From: Anthoceros angustus
Lineage: Eukaryota > Plantae > Anthocerotophyta
Assembly (NCBI GenBank): GCA_010909165.1
Contig: MU008179.1
Coordinates: 248,001 to 312,000 of the forward strand
Length of the DNA: 64,000 nt
Direction: 5' to 3'
Below, piece after piece: positions 13,150 through 24,584 of the stretch. Each line of letters starts with the position of its first letter. Within the stretch, counting starts at the first letter, position 1. Under the pieces are notes generated by a model that was not told the DNA's origin, ran no database searches, and worked only from the letters and a program-made list of their open reading frames with translations. Made by a program: the position numbers and the translations under genes.

Positions 13150-13372
13150 GGCTTGAGGCCTAGAGAGGGGACCAAGCCCAAGGCCAAGGAGAGGAGGCGA
13201 AGAAGCCCAAGTTCAAGGCCAAGGAGAGGAGGCGAAGAAGCCCAAGTCCAAGGAGAGGAGGCAAAGAAGCCCAAGTCCAAGTCCAAGGAGAGGAGGCAAA
13301 GAAGCCCAAGTCCAAGGCCAAGGAGAGGAGGCAAAGAAGCCCAAGTCCAAGGCCAAGGAGAGAATTCGAAGT
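13150..13372 (+). repeat. 33-39 bp tandem repeat, about 5 copies, in the element 5' region
   Basis: gagaggaggc(g/a)aagaagcccaagt(t/c)caaggccaag units, read directly. Confidence 0.85.
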
Positions 13373-14451
13373 CCCAACCAAGAGAAAGAAGTGCGAACAC
13401 CTTGATTTTGGTACCAGCGAAGGACACGGAGGAACCCAGCGACCCAATCAACAATCTTTGAAGGATCTATGAGTGGCAACACACAAGACACGTTGGTGCT
13501 GCTCGGACAACTCAGCGGAAGCGACAGCGAGGAGGACTTGTCTTTAGGAGTCGTCAAGATGGGAGGAGACAAGGATCGAATGGAGTTGTTCACTGGACGA
13601 GCACCACCGGAGGACTTCATCGAGAAATGCAGTGCGGTGTGTGCGGAGATGGAATTGAAGACCGGATACACGATACGGCTTCATCCAAATGCCAAGTACT
13701 TGGGGATGAAGCATTGGCGTGCTATCGCAGCACAAGGCGAGGTTGTTGAGCGCACATCCGGAGGACCAGTGAGTAGCAGTTCAAGCCAAGGAGCAAGGCA
13801 CCGAGTGGGCACGATCCCATCAAGAGATGTTTGACATCTTCCTACGGAGTTTCGCAAGCACGGATGAGAAGATCTCCGAGCCGACACTTCAAGATGAAGT
13901 CGGCGAGACAAGATGGCTTATCAAGAATCGACCGCTTGGTACGTGACACCAAGATCATGAGTGACCGATCGTCAGAGAAGTACTTGCAGGCATTGCCATA
14001 TGCACTGCGCATGAAGGTGCAACAAGCGGTGCACGCGAAGGGCAACACTACACCCTCAAGGAAGTGTACGAGATGGTCGACAAGATAGGGCCCCGACACT
14101 TTCTCTCGTCTTTGCAAGTGATTACTCCAAAGACAAGTAGGAGTGGTGGACGACATGACCGACGCGGAGGTCGAGTGGAGGAGCTCGGCGAGACAAGCCA
14201 CCCACATGCCCCAAGTGACGAGCCCTGCGTGAGGTGCCGAGGGCGGACCATTCCCCTCATGAGTGCGAGCATGCATTCGGAGGAGTCAAGGGTGAGGAGC
14301 CATGCCCTAGGTGTGGAGGTACGGCACAATGAAGCGGCATGTTGGGAGAAGCATCCGAATTGCGGCCTACGGGTTATCGAGCAGCAACCCCGCCAATGCA
14401 TCTGCGTCAACCTCATCCACAAAATCAAGAGCAAAGGCGTGGAGGAGGCAC

Positions 14452-15135
14452 CAAGTCCGTGGACAAAAGAAACGGGAAGCATCAAAGAAGACGATGGATG
14501 ATGCGTGGCACGCCTTGCAAAGCTGGAAGTTGGTGCGAAGGCGAAGATCAAGGAGAGCAGCAGCTCATCATCGAGGACGAAGAAGATGAGCACAAGCTTG
14601 GATACATGGCGGCGTGACCGGATCCAAGGGCAGGGAAGAAACCTCCTACGAGAGAAGATAGCTCGAGGAAGAAGAGGATGTCTTGACACCGGCGGAAGAC
14701 ACGGAAGGAAGCTTGGGATCCTCTTCCGAACCTATGCCAAGATGCCAAAGTCGTTTGAGCCATTGCCAACAGGAGCAACTGTGGGAGCAACATCAAAGTC
14801 CGTGGACAAAAGCGGGAAGCATCAAAGAAGGCGATGGGCGGCTCGTGGCACGCCTGCAAAGCTGGAAGTTGGTGCGGGCGAAGATCAAGGAGAGCGGCGG
14901 TTCATCATCGAGGGCGAAGAAGATGAGCACAAGCTTGGATACATGGCGGCGTGACGGATCAAGGGCAAGGGAAGAAACCTCTGGCTACGAGAAGATAGCT
15001 CGAGGAGGAAGAAGAGGATGTCTTGACACTGCGGTCACGGAAGACACGGAAGGAAGCTTGGGATCCTCTTCCAACCTATGCCAAGATGCCAAAGTCGTTT
15101 GAGCCATTGCCAGGAAGGGAGCAACATCAAAGTCC
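14452..15135 (+). repeat. About 340-bp tandem duplication within gag
   Basis: aagtccgtggacaaaa...gatgagcacaagcttggatacatggcggcgtgac...cctatgccaagatgccaaagtcgtttgagccattgcca occurs twice. Confidence 0.85.
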
Positions 15136-15585
15136 AGTGGGCGATGTGGAGAAACCCATGCAGATTGTCGACGGAGACGATGGCACAAAAGCTTCGGAGA
15201 TGCCATGTTTCAAATTACAAGACATGGGGTTGAGCGTGAAGGAAGTCGGGGTTTGACTCGGCGGATGTTGACAACCCTTGAAGGCGAAGCAAGTGTCCAA
15301 GATTTGCCACAACAGTAGCAATGATGTCATTCTTGACCTCGAACCAAGCATCTCGTGGAGAAGCGGAATGTCGCACGAGTGGGAGTGGCTTTGGTCAACA
15401 ATCGGGAGGCACATTGAAATCAATGGATTCGCACCAAGGAGGTGTTGATTGACACCGAGCACGCCGATCGCTGGAAGAAGAGTGAAGGAAGCGTTGGGTC
15501 TCCACCAAGAAAGGTTGAAGGAAACCAAGTGGAAGATCCATCACTGGGACCACGGAGCATGTGTTGGGGTGACAAGGTACAAGTC

Positions 15586-16980
15586 AAGGTTTCATTCAAA
15601 CCAAGAATGAGACTTCACCTTTGTCGAGGTACACCGCTTGGTCACCGATGCGTATACATTTGATGTCTTCTTTGGGAGGACGCTTTGTACAAACCTCGAG
15701 TCATGGTGGATTTGTGGACGGAGATCTACTATCGACCAGTGGAGAAGCCGGAGCAAAACCGATGAACGGATTGCCCGCATCCCTCTGCGGTGCATGGCAA
15801 GGATCATGAGAACCTCATTGCCAGCGTCTACCCGGTGTTTGGCGCCGTAGTGAAGGACACGCCATACGTGCTTGAACCTCTTGGCGTGTGTCTAACAACC
15901 GCAATCGACCCGATGGAGGATTTCGACGAGGAGGAGGAAGACAAGCTAGGGTTGCAACCACCCTCGGAGGAGGTTCTTCAAGTCACCGGAGAGCGGATCG
16001 CAGAATGAGCCGTGCAAAAGGCTGTGGAGGATGGTGCAAGAGGACCCGGTGTCCTATGAGCCGAGAACTGTAAGTTCTTGCCTAGGGTTGAGCCTGCTTG
16101 TGACCTAAACACCGGTCATCACATGGCGACCTCGGGAAGGCATAGTGCTCGTGGAACTCTTTGGAGGCATCAAGACCGCAAGCAAGTGTGGCATCAAAGT
16201 GCGAAGATCGTGCATTGTGACCCGGATCCAAAAGCAAGGATTGTGTCACGCGAGCGTAAGAGACTTGATGGGGAGTACCTAACCTCCCGACGGAGCTGAA
16301 GGTTTCATTCAAACCAAGAATGAGACTTCACCTTTGTCGAGGTACCTTTGCTTGGGATCGAGACACATTTGATGTCTTCTTTGGGGGACGCTTTGTACAA
16401 ACACAGGTCATGGTGGATTTGTGGGAGGCAGTCTACTATCGACCGGTGGAGAAGCTGGAGCAAAACCGATGAACGGATTGCCCGCATCCCTCTGCGGTGC
16501 ATGGCAAGGATCATGAGAACCTCATTGCCAGCAGCGTCTATGTGTTTGGCGCCGTAGTGAAGGACACGCCATCGTGCTTGAACCTCTTGGCGTGTGTCTA
16601 ACAACAATGACGATGGAGGATTTCGGCGAGGAGGAGGCTAGGGTTGCAACCACCCTCGGAGGAGGTTCTTCAAGTCACCGGACGGGAGTGGCAATGAGCC
16701 GTGCAAAAGGCGGAGGATGGTGCAAGAGGACCGGTGCCCTATGAGCCGGAGAACTAAGTTCTTGCCTAGGGTTGAGCTGTTTGTGACCTAAACACCGGTC
16801 ATCACATGGCGACCTCGGGAAGGCGGCATAGTGCTCGTGGAACTCTTTGGAGGCATCGATCGGCTTGGGCGGTGCTAAAGTGTGGCATCAAAGTGCGAAG
16901 ATCGTGCATTGTGACCCGGATCCAAAAGCAAGGATTGTGTCACGCGAGCGTAAGAGACTTGATGGGGAGTACCTAACCTC
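15586..16980 (+). repeat. About 700-bp tandem duplication covering the post-protease region and DNMT motif I
   Basis: aaggtttcattcaaaccaagaatgagacttcacc at about 15586 and 16299; both copies end gatggggagtacctaacctc. The second copy has many small deletions. Confidence 0.9.
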
Positions 16981-17740
16981 GGCGTGGGAGTCGGTGAAGG
17001 GTTACCGCATACCGCCGATGGATGTTCGCATGATAGGGTTGTCCCATTTGAGTTGTCTTGGGCAACCGTGGACCTTGTCATCGCAGTTGGGAGTGTCAAG
17101 GACTATCCTCTGCAAGGGTCAAGGTCAAGGATCCACGCATTGTTCTATGACCGATGAGGATCTTGCGCTTGATCCGTAAAGGGCAAGAAAGGCCTTGTGG
17201 ATACATGTTGGAGAATGTGCCAAGATGCATGAGCGTGAAGAAGCAAGTTCGAGGAGGACTTTGCCACGATCCGAGGAGTGTTGGGTCGGGAGCTTCTATT
17301 GGATGCGGCTCAATTGGTTCGAGGGCTCATAGGTTGAGGTCCATGTGGACTAACCTTGCTCCTTGGAACATTTGAAGTGTGCGAGGTCGCTCACCAAGCG
17401 ACCTAATCATGTTGTCAAGGATGTGCTAGCATCGGAAGGCATGCCCAACAAGTCATCAAGACCGACAAGCCGCCGCACTTCCTGTGAACACGCCTGACAC
17501 CCCATGGCGGCTTGGCCAACCTTTGTGTCCAAGTCCAAGTCTTACGCCTCAGAACCATGGCCCGGCGTTGTGGTGGATGACATGGCGAGGTTTTGGGAGA
17601 GCCAACCACAGAGAGGAGTTGGCCATGGATTTGCCGAGCCACAAAGACACCGGAGTGACCGAGAAGGAACGGTGTCGATTGCTTGGGCAAGCATTTGACA
17701 TGAACATGATGACGTGGTTGTTTAGCGCTGGAGTCGCTTA
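16825..17740 (+). pseudogene. Retrotransposon-borne C5 cytosine DNA methyltransferase domain (frameshifted)
   Basis: Motifs in canonical order: I GIVLVELFGGI (16831); IV VDLVIA[G]WECQGLSSA (17068, needs a 1-nt restoration); VI YMLENVP (17202); VIII GSRAHRLRSMWTNL (17316); IX-X EELAM...VTEKERCRLLGQAFDMN (about 17610-17705). Confidence 0.82.
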
Positions 17741-18054
17741 CCAACTTCGAAACCAGAAGAAGGTGGGGTTGAAGCAGCGGGTTCGGTGGGTGAAGGATAT
17801 TCCGACTCGCATCTCAGGAGAAGGCGAGTTTGGAGGGCAAGGAGAGTGAGCACGTAGAGGAAGCGTGCAAGCCATCTGAGCCACAGCCACATGAGTGGTT
17901 AACAGGCGTCGAGTTGAAGAGCAATTGGTTGCACCTATATATCTGCATATTAGATTTGTTTGCTTGGTTGTTGATCGAGGAAGTGCTTATATGAATTCAA
18001 GTGCTTACCTCGTGCGACACCTCCCTTCACATATAGAGATGGGATACTGTGACA

Positions 18055-19080
18055 CCTTGAATGACACATGTCTCATCGCTGAAATGCATTCGGTATTTTT
18101 GGGACATTAAGGTTAGTTGCGTAACTGATAGCAAATTTTTAGCCATTTGTAGCACATGATAAACATTATCTAATTACAGAACTTGCCCTCCTACACATAC
18201 AAGTTGGACTATGCCTTGAACAATGAGGCCACCATTGTCTCCCAATAGGACAAAGCTACCCTATTTTATGGGGCTCATAAGAAGAAAAGCAGGACTTGGT
18301 ATGACATATTTGAGGAGAGGCTCCACTATCTACATACCTACCACTCATGTCATTTCTAGAGGTGACTAAGTAGAAAGCCAAAAGCACTGGACAAGGTTCT
18401 TTGTATGCCATATTTGATGTAGGTGGAGGGCCTCTCCTAGGCTCTCCAGCCTTTTTCTTCCTGCATTCCCTTTCGTTGTGTCCTTCCATTTGGCACCAAT
18501 GACAATTGCCTTTTCTTCTTGGTGCTGCAAGTAATGAAGATGGCCTATTCATGCCATACGAGGGATGTCTGCCAGTTTGGTACCGCCCTAGTCCTCTTCC
18601 TCTCCGTTTATCACAAAGAGGGCTCATCCTGAGCTGCTCCATTTGATGTACTGACCAGGCCACGTGAGGCTTCGTCCTCCATGAGGGCTCCTATTAGTTC
18701 TAAGGTGGTAAAGGTAGCATTTTTTCCCCTTTTGGGCGGCAAGTTATGCTTGCTTAATCACTCTGTTTTGCGTGGTCTTGAAGCTGCAATAGCTATTTGG
18801 TAGAGAGCTAAGCAAGGCTACGGTTGCTTGGGAGGTCGATACAGATTAGCCATAGCCAAAGTAAGGCTATGGTTGCTGGCTGCACGTGATCACGTCACCC
18901 ATCACGTTGCTTCCTTAGTTCAATCACCATCATCGGCCACACTAGAAACTCTGATGTAGCCATGTCTACATCGATTTCAGCAATTGGAATCGCACTGTCA
19001 ACCATTGCAGGTCGACCACCTTCTCCTTTGCAGCTCGACCACCTTCTCCTTTGCAGCTGAACCACCTTCTCCTTTGCAAC
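18055..19080 (-). mobile_element. Ty1/copia remnant A, upstream half (PBS-like site, gag knuckle, protease)
   Basis: aca|tggctacatcagag PBS-like site at about 18962; GNCHWCQMEGHNERECRKKKAGEP; YVDSGASPQIC; LDNVYHVLQMAKNLLSVTQL...MHFSDETCVIQG. Confidence 0.85.
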
Positions 19081-19108
19081 AAGAGAGGCTCACGGTCCGG
19101 TATGATTA

Positions 19109-19463
19109 CTGTACCCCAAGGGGTGATTCGGCGTTAATTAATTAAAATTAGTAAAAGTTGAAAATCCAGAAATTATTATACTTAAAATGTTGAATAGGTA
19201 AAAATTTATGAATTTATGATGTCGAAAACAAGGAAACTAGGGTTTGTGTGGAAAATTAGGGCCTGTTTAGGGGAGGTCTATACATATCCATTAGTTTTAT
19301 ATATATACCTATGTATTTTAATAAATGTTGAAATTTGATAAAATTATTTTTTGTAAATGTTGAAATTTTGAAAATATAAATATTTATGTTGAACCTTATT
19401 TTTTTTCAAAAAAAAAAATATTTCGGCATTACCTATCCTGTTAAACCATCCCTCGGGGTACGG
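19109..19463. mobile_element. Tc1/mariner-type MITE (355 bp)
   Basis: TA|CTGTACCCCAAGGG ... CCCTCGGGGTACGG|TA: imperfect terminal inverted repeats, TA target duplication and an AT-rich non-coding interior. Confidence 0.7.
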
Positions 19464-19965
19464 TATTGAAAAGTGCAGCACATTAGAACATACATCAAAT
19501 GTTTTTGATTTACGTTCCAGATTTCACTTTTCACCCTGCAAGCTCCTAATACAAATTTCACCCAGCGTGCTGGCAAACTGAGTGGCTGGCGTGGCGCAAC
19601 CTCTGCCATCCTGGAGGCTCGGCGTGCAGGCCCTGACGTTCACAGCCACAAGCTGGTCTGCCACGTGGCACCTCGGAAGAAGGTCCGTGCCGACGGATAG
19701 ATGATAGGTGGGCGATCCACCGGTTGGTTCATTTGCGGCAAACAGGGACGGAAAAGGGCGCCCGGTCTAGGCCTTCTACCGGTTTTGAATGTCGAATCTG
19801 GTCTTCCGGGGGAGCTGTAGACTGGTTGCTCCGCTTGTGAAGTGAAGCAGTGAAGAAGGAGGAGGTCCAGCGGGGTTGAATTGCGGGAGCCTGCAGCTCG
19901 ATGCCTGGACCGGCTTCTGGGAGTTGTGTGAATTGAGGAGGAAGCGAGGAGGCAGGCACTTTGGA

Positions 19966-21588
19966 ATGGCGGCTGCCCGGGGGATGATGCCGGCTGTGAG
20001 CCAGAGTGCATTGTCGCAGCCCTGCTCTTCCTCGGCAGCAGCATCCGGCTCCAGCTCCGGCTCCGCCAGAGCCGCTTTCAGGCTGAGCATACCTAGAGGC
20101 AGCTGGGCGCAGCTGGGTTCTTCCTCGAGCTCGCTGCGAGGCTATGCCCGTGTGCTGCAGGCCTCCAATGCCGCTGGCTTGGTGCAGGCGCAGACGCGGG
20201 TGGCTGCCCGGGCTATGGCCACGGACAGCGCGCCGGTGACGCAGTATGAGCAGTACGAGGTGGAGCTGGAGAAGCCCTGGGGACTCAAGTTCTATAAGGG
20301 AACTGACGGAGGGACGTATATTGACGCCATAGCCCCGGGGAGCAGCGCGGACCGGTCTGGTGCCTTCACCCCTGGTGACAAAGTGCTGGCCACCAGGTGG
20401 AATTTCTCACAGGGAACAGATTGTTGTGCCGGTTTGGTGCCGTGGCGTTTCCCTCACTAGATTCTTCTGGTTTTGCTCTACTCTGCAGTGCGGTGTTTGG
20501 GAATGAGATCTGGCCGGCGGCTGAGTATGGGCGTACCATGTACACCGTGCGGCAGCGTGTGGGAACGCTTCTTCTGCAGATGGAGAAGCGCAATGGTATG
20601 TATTTTATGGCTGGCCAGCCGAGATCGGATTCCTCCCTCCCTGCGGCCTAGGAGTCCATCCCACAGCCTGCGGTTGTGTCTGCTGCCAGGTGTGCGGGAA
20701 GGAGTGGCTAATAAGGAGGAGATTGCAAGGGAAAGGAATGCAGGCTCAATTGGTGACAGGGTTAGGGAGATCCAGGTATTGTGCGCAGATTTCGGGAATT
20801 TTTGGCGGTTAACATGACCATCTCTCATGACAGGGATGTCGGAATAACGCCATCCTCCGTTCCTCGACAGATAGAAAACTACATGCGCAAAAAGGAGCAG
20901 CAAAGGCAACGAGACGAGGAACTTACTGAGGGCCTCAAGTTGTACAGGTAGGAGGCGGTCCGCTTAAGCTTACGCGTTTTCAGGGCATGAAATGAAACCA
21001 GCGTTTGGTCCTCTTCACCTACTTTCTGCTTGCAAATCCACGCTGCTTTGATTTGTTCACTCAGGGCTGGGAAGTACGAGGATGCCCTCTCAAGGTTTGA
21101 AACCGTTCTCGGATTGAAACCTGACTTGAAGGAGGAAGGCGTAGCAAGCTACAACGTGGCCTGCTGCTACGCCAAGCTTAATCAGGTGGCTGGGCATTCT
21201 TTCCTAGGTCTAGGTCTAGGTCTAGGTCTAGGTCTAGGCCTTAGGCCTAGGCCTGCAGTTTTAGTCAGACGGGAACTGTAACTGACAGCTGATGCAAATG
21301 TGATGGCCATGCCAGGTTGATGCAGGACTTCAAGCCCTCGAGGAGTCTCTGGAAGCTGGATTTGATGACTACAAGGTGAGAGAACCTTGTGGATGGTGTT
21401 TTTCATTCCTACTGCTGCTGCTGACAACGCATTGGATGTTGTAGGTCGTCCGAACCGATCCTGACCTGGAGACCTTGCGGGCTTCGCCAAAATTCACACC
21501 GCTTGTCAACAAGTATGATGAGCCCTTCATCAACGAAAACGCTGTGAAAGCGTTGAAGAGCGTTTTCGGCTTTTTTGGAAAGAAATAA
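19966..21588 (+). CDS. MET1: Chloroplast PDZ/K-box/TPR protein (MET1/ZKT), about 7 exons
   Basis: Ser/Ala-rich transit peptide; YEVELEKPWGLKFYKGTDGGTYIDAIAPG (PDZ); EIWPAAEYGRTMYTVRQRVG; ASYNVACCYAKLNQ (TPR); VRTDPDL...YDEPFINENAVKALKSVFGFFGKK*. Confidence 0.93.
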
Positions 21589-22130
21589 ATAAGTAGTTTT
21601 CAGATCCGCTGCTATGGTAAGTTTACAGTTCCCTGCCGACTTTATTTTTTCTTCATGACATTCTATTCATCACCTCCCAGACTCCGCAAAGCGGAACAGA
21701 AGCACTGGAACCCCTGTTTCTGGAAGGATAGCAGAACTCAACACCCGTCAGGGCGGGTCCGCTCAAATTCAACTTTCGAGTTATTACAATACCTTTCATC
21801 GATGAGTGGCATAGATATCTGGCTTAGGACCGACCACACATCCGACGACTGGCTCTGGAGCTACAGGATTCCCACTGCCTTGACATCTCTTACGAGAGGT
21901 GGACAGACAACTGTAGGAGCAGTCGGCAGGTGACACGGAACGCAGCACACAAGTTAGTCAGATCCGGAAGCAGGAAGACATGTATGAACACTACAAGCAG
22001 AATGAGGAAAGCAAACCAACCATCTTTTGTTGGAAGGGAGGGCAGTTGCTCATCACCTTGGCTAGACCTGAGTACGTTGTCTGATGGTGTGGCCAAAGCT
22101 GATGCTCTGTTATGGCCCAGCACGAGAAGG

Positions 22131-24584
22131 TTACGATGGTTTTGGCTTTCCTATCTCCTCTCTGCTGATAGCTTTCCATCTGTTTCGCCATTTCCCATTG
22201 CCAAACTTGTCAATATCGCTGCCAAGTGCAAGATAGCCATAAAAGACCTTAGTCTTCTCCTCTGTAGTTTCATCCACCCGCGCAAACTCGGGCCCTTCAT
22301 CTGCATTGTCATCCTCAAGGCTGCTTTCCCAAAAGGGCTGGACCCGCTCCCACTCCTTTCTCCCTCGTCCATTCGCCTCGAAGTGCTTGTGGAGTCGCTC
22401 TGCCTCTTTGAAGCCGTCCAGATTTGCTGCGTACTCCACCAGCATGAAGCCTCTATGTCCTTCCCGGTCCCATACCGGCCTCGACCTTCCGTGGGGGTGT
22501 CCCAGTTCTGCAGCGTCACCATGTAATGAAACCATCACCTCTCCATGCAAACAATGACGTAAAAGCAAACAACACATCCTGCAGTTTCTTCCCATTCCTT
22601 ACTACAGAGGAGGCTCTACGGTTATGCGGCCCTGCCCAGAAAGCTGAAGCAAGTAGAGGTTTCAAACCCTTCAAAAATGCTGTCATATCCTTGTTAGTCA
22701 TGCCAACCCAGCGTCCATCATTGGTTTTCTTCGTCCGAGTGTTTTCCACTATTATAGTGGGAGGCCATACAATCGTGTCACTCCCCTTCGTGTTCTTACT
22801 GTTAGATGCGGGAAGAACTGACCGTTTGTTTTTAGGATCTGCCAAGGAGTTCCACCCTAGCAATTCACAGAGGGCCCGGTGGAATCCTTGGTGATCAGCC
22901 CTCTTGCGCACATCCGGGGACTGGATGGCATGCGTCACCAGACTTGTCAAGTCGCTCTTGCTGCACAAACCGCCCACAACGCCCCCCCCATGATCAACCT
23001 CACACTGCAACCCAACAGGCGTCAGCGAGTCCAGAAAACTTACCTCCCGCACACAAGGCATTCGACATCCCTGCGCTGCCCATTCTTGGCATCCTCGTAC
23101 TTCTTCCGTCGAATAGTATCCTCCTTTAACACCCGAGAGTAATGCGCATGGGCCTTGGTCACCTTCTCCTGAAACTCCTCAGTCTTCTCTCTCTCCTCAA
23201 AGAGAATGAGATGGTCCCCAGCCTCTCTCGCTATCTTACTTCTCTTGGCAGCTATGGCCTGCTCCAGAGGCAGCTGATGCTTACTCCTCTGCCTGCCCCT
23301 CCCCCGATCACGAGACCGGTCCCGATCCCGCTCCCTCTCCCGCTCCCGCTCCCTGCGCTTGTCCCTCTCCCGCTCCCTGGGCAACGCCGTCCTCCTTCCA
23401 GGCCCCAGAATGCCTAGCCCGCCCCTCATAGGCTCCGCAAACCTATACCTCTTCTGCGAGTAGTCCCGCCCAGTCGGACTCACCATATCTCCTCTCCCCA
23501 AGCCCAGCCCCAGCCCCAGCCCCAGCCCCAGCCCCGCCGCGTTGTGGCCGAGCAACACCACGTCGTGCGTGGGACTCATGGGCTCCCTCCTGGGGCTCAT
23601 GGGTGCAAACAGCTGCTGCGGCAAGATGTGGTTGCCGCCCAAGGGATTCCCAAGAAGGTGGGCATCATACCCCAATCCCAGAACCGGGGCCGGCGGCCTG
23701 GACAGAATGCCCGGCTGCTGGCTCCTGGGCAGCAGCGCCTGCTCATGCCTGTGCGGAAAGAGGGGAATCATATTCCCCCGGCTCCTGGGCGAGCTCCGCC
23801 CGCGGAACTGGTACGGATTCCTGGGCGGAGAGAGGCTGAGGGCCCGGTGGCGGTTCCGGCGGGGACTCGGGCTTCGCCGGGGGCTCATGGGCAGCAGTCT
23901 GGGCGGGGGGGACCTCCTGGGGCTCATCGGAGCCCAGCGCGCATCCACAGGCCCCCCTCCCAGAATCCCCCTCTCAGGAAGCATCCGCGCAGGAGCGGCA
24001 GCAGCATTGGCGTCCAAGGCCGGGAATCCTCCCAGAGCCGGCGCAAGTGCCCCTCGAGCCTGGGCACGGGGCGGGGAGTCGGACGGCACGCAGAACATGG
24101 TGTGCAATTTTCCGTCGATCTCCACCTGCTGCGTCTGCAACATGCCGTACCCGTCCAGCTCTCCCCCGGGCTTGGCAGCTCCGAAGCCCGCACCTCCGGA
24201 CAGCAGGTGCTGCTGCGCCTGCGCCACCCCGGACATGGCCATCCAATTCGGCATCCCATGGGCGAGCCCCGGCGCTCCCCTTTCTGCGCCACCCGCCCCG
24301 CTCCTCCACTGCGGGCCCGGCATCCACGAATTCTCCACCTGCTGCGCGTGCTGCACCTGCGGCACGTGATGCTGCTGCGCCGCCGCCTGCTGCCGGTGCT
24401 GCTCCAGAAGCCCCTGGAACTGGTTCTGGTGCCGCAGGATGATGTCCATCCCCGCATCCTGCTGACCCGCCGCCTGCTGCCGGTGCTGTGCGAGGCGTGG
24501 GTTCACCACTGCGCGCGCTCTGCCACCGCCGCCACCGCCTCCTCGCCGCTGAGGAGCGCCATTCCTGGCGGGCCTGCCTGCCAT
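22131..24584 (-). CDS. XS-domain protein with long low-complexity N-terminus (SGS3/IDN2-related XS family, no XH domain seen), 3 exons
   Basis: ECLVCG...DLTSLVTHA zinc finger; ADHQGFHRALCELLGW; IVWPPTIIVEN; GHRGFMLVEY...GFKEAERLHKHFEANGRGRKEW; FYGYLALGSDIDK. Confidence 0.85.

Larger units (their letters stand above)
12463..18054 (+). mobile_element. Degenerate Ty3/gypsy-like LTR element: gag (two knuckles), aspartic protease, C5 DNA methyltransferase; RT/RNase H/integrase not seen
   Basis: Gag-like ORFs at 13469-14500 (MELFTGRAPPEDF; CVRCRG..H...C; HNEAACWEKHP), protease VLIDT at about 15445, FDV.LG/IYYRP region, then DNMT motifs. Ends TGTCA.../...GTGACA are inferred from where the flanking copia text resumes. 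No TSD or matching LTR pair verified. Confidence 0.72.

Noticed and set aside
13150-13372. Short repeat arrays here and at 52060-52300, 19010-19080 and 44985-45050 considered as CRISPR-like
   Set aside because: Units are head-to-tail without unique spacers, there are no cas genes, and the context is eukaryotic TE sequence.
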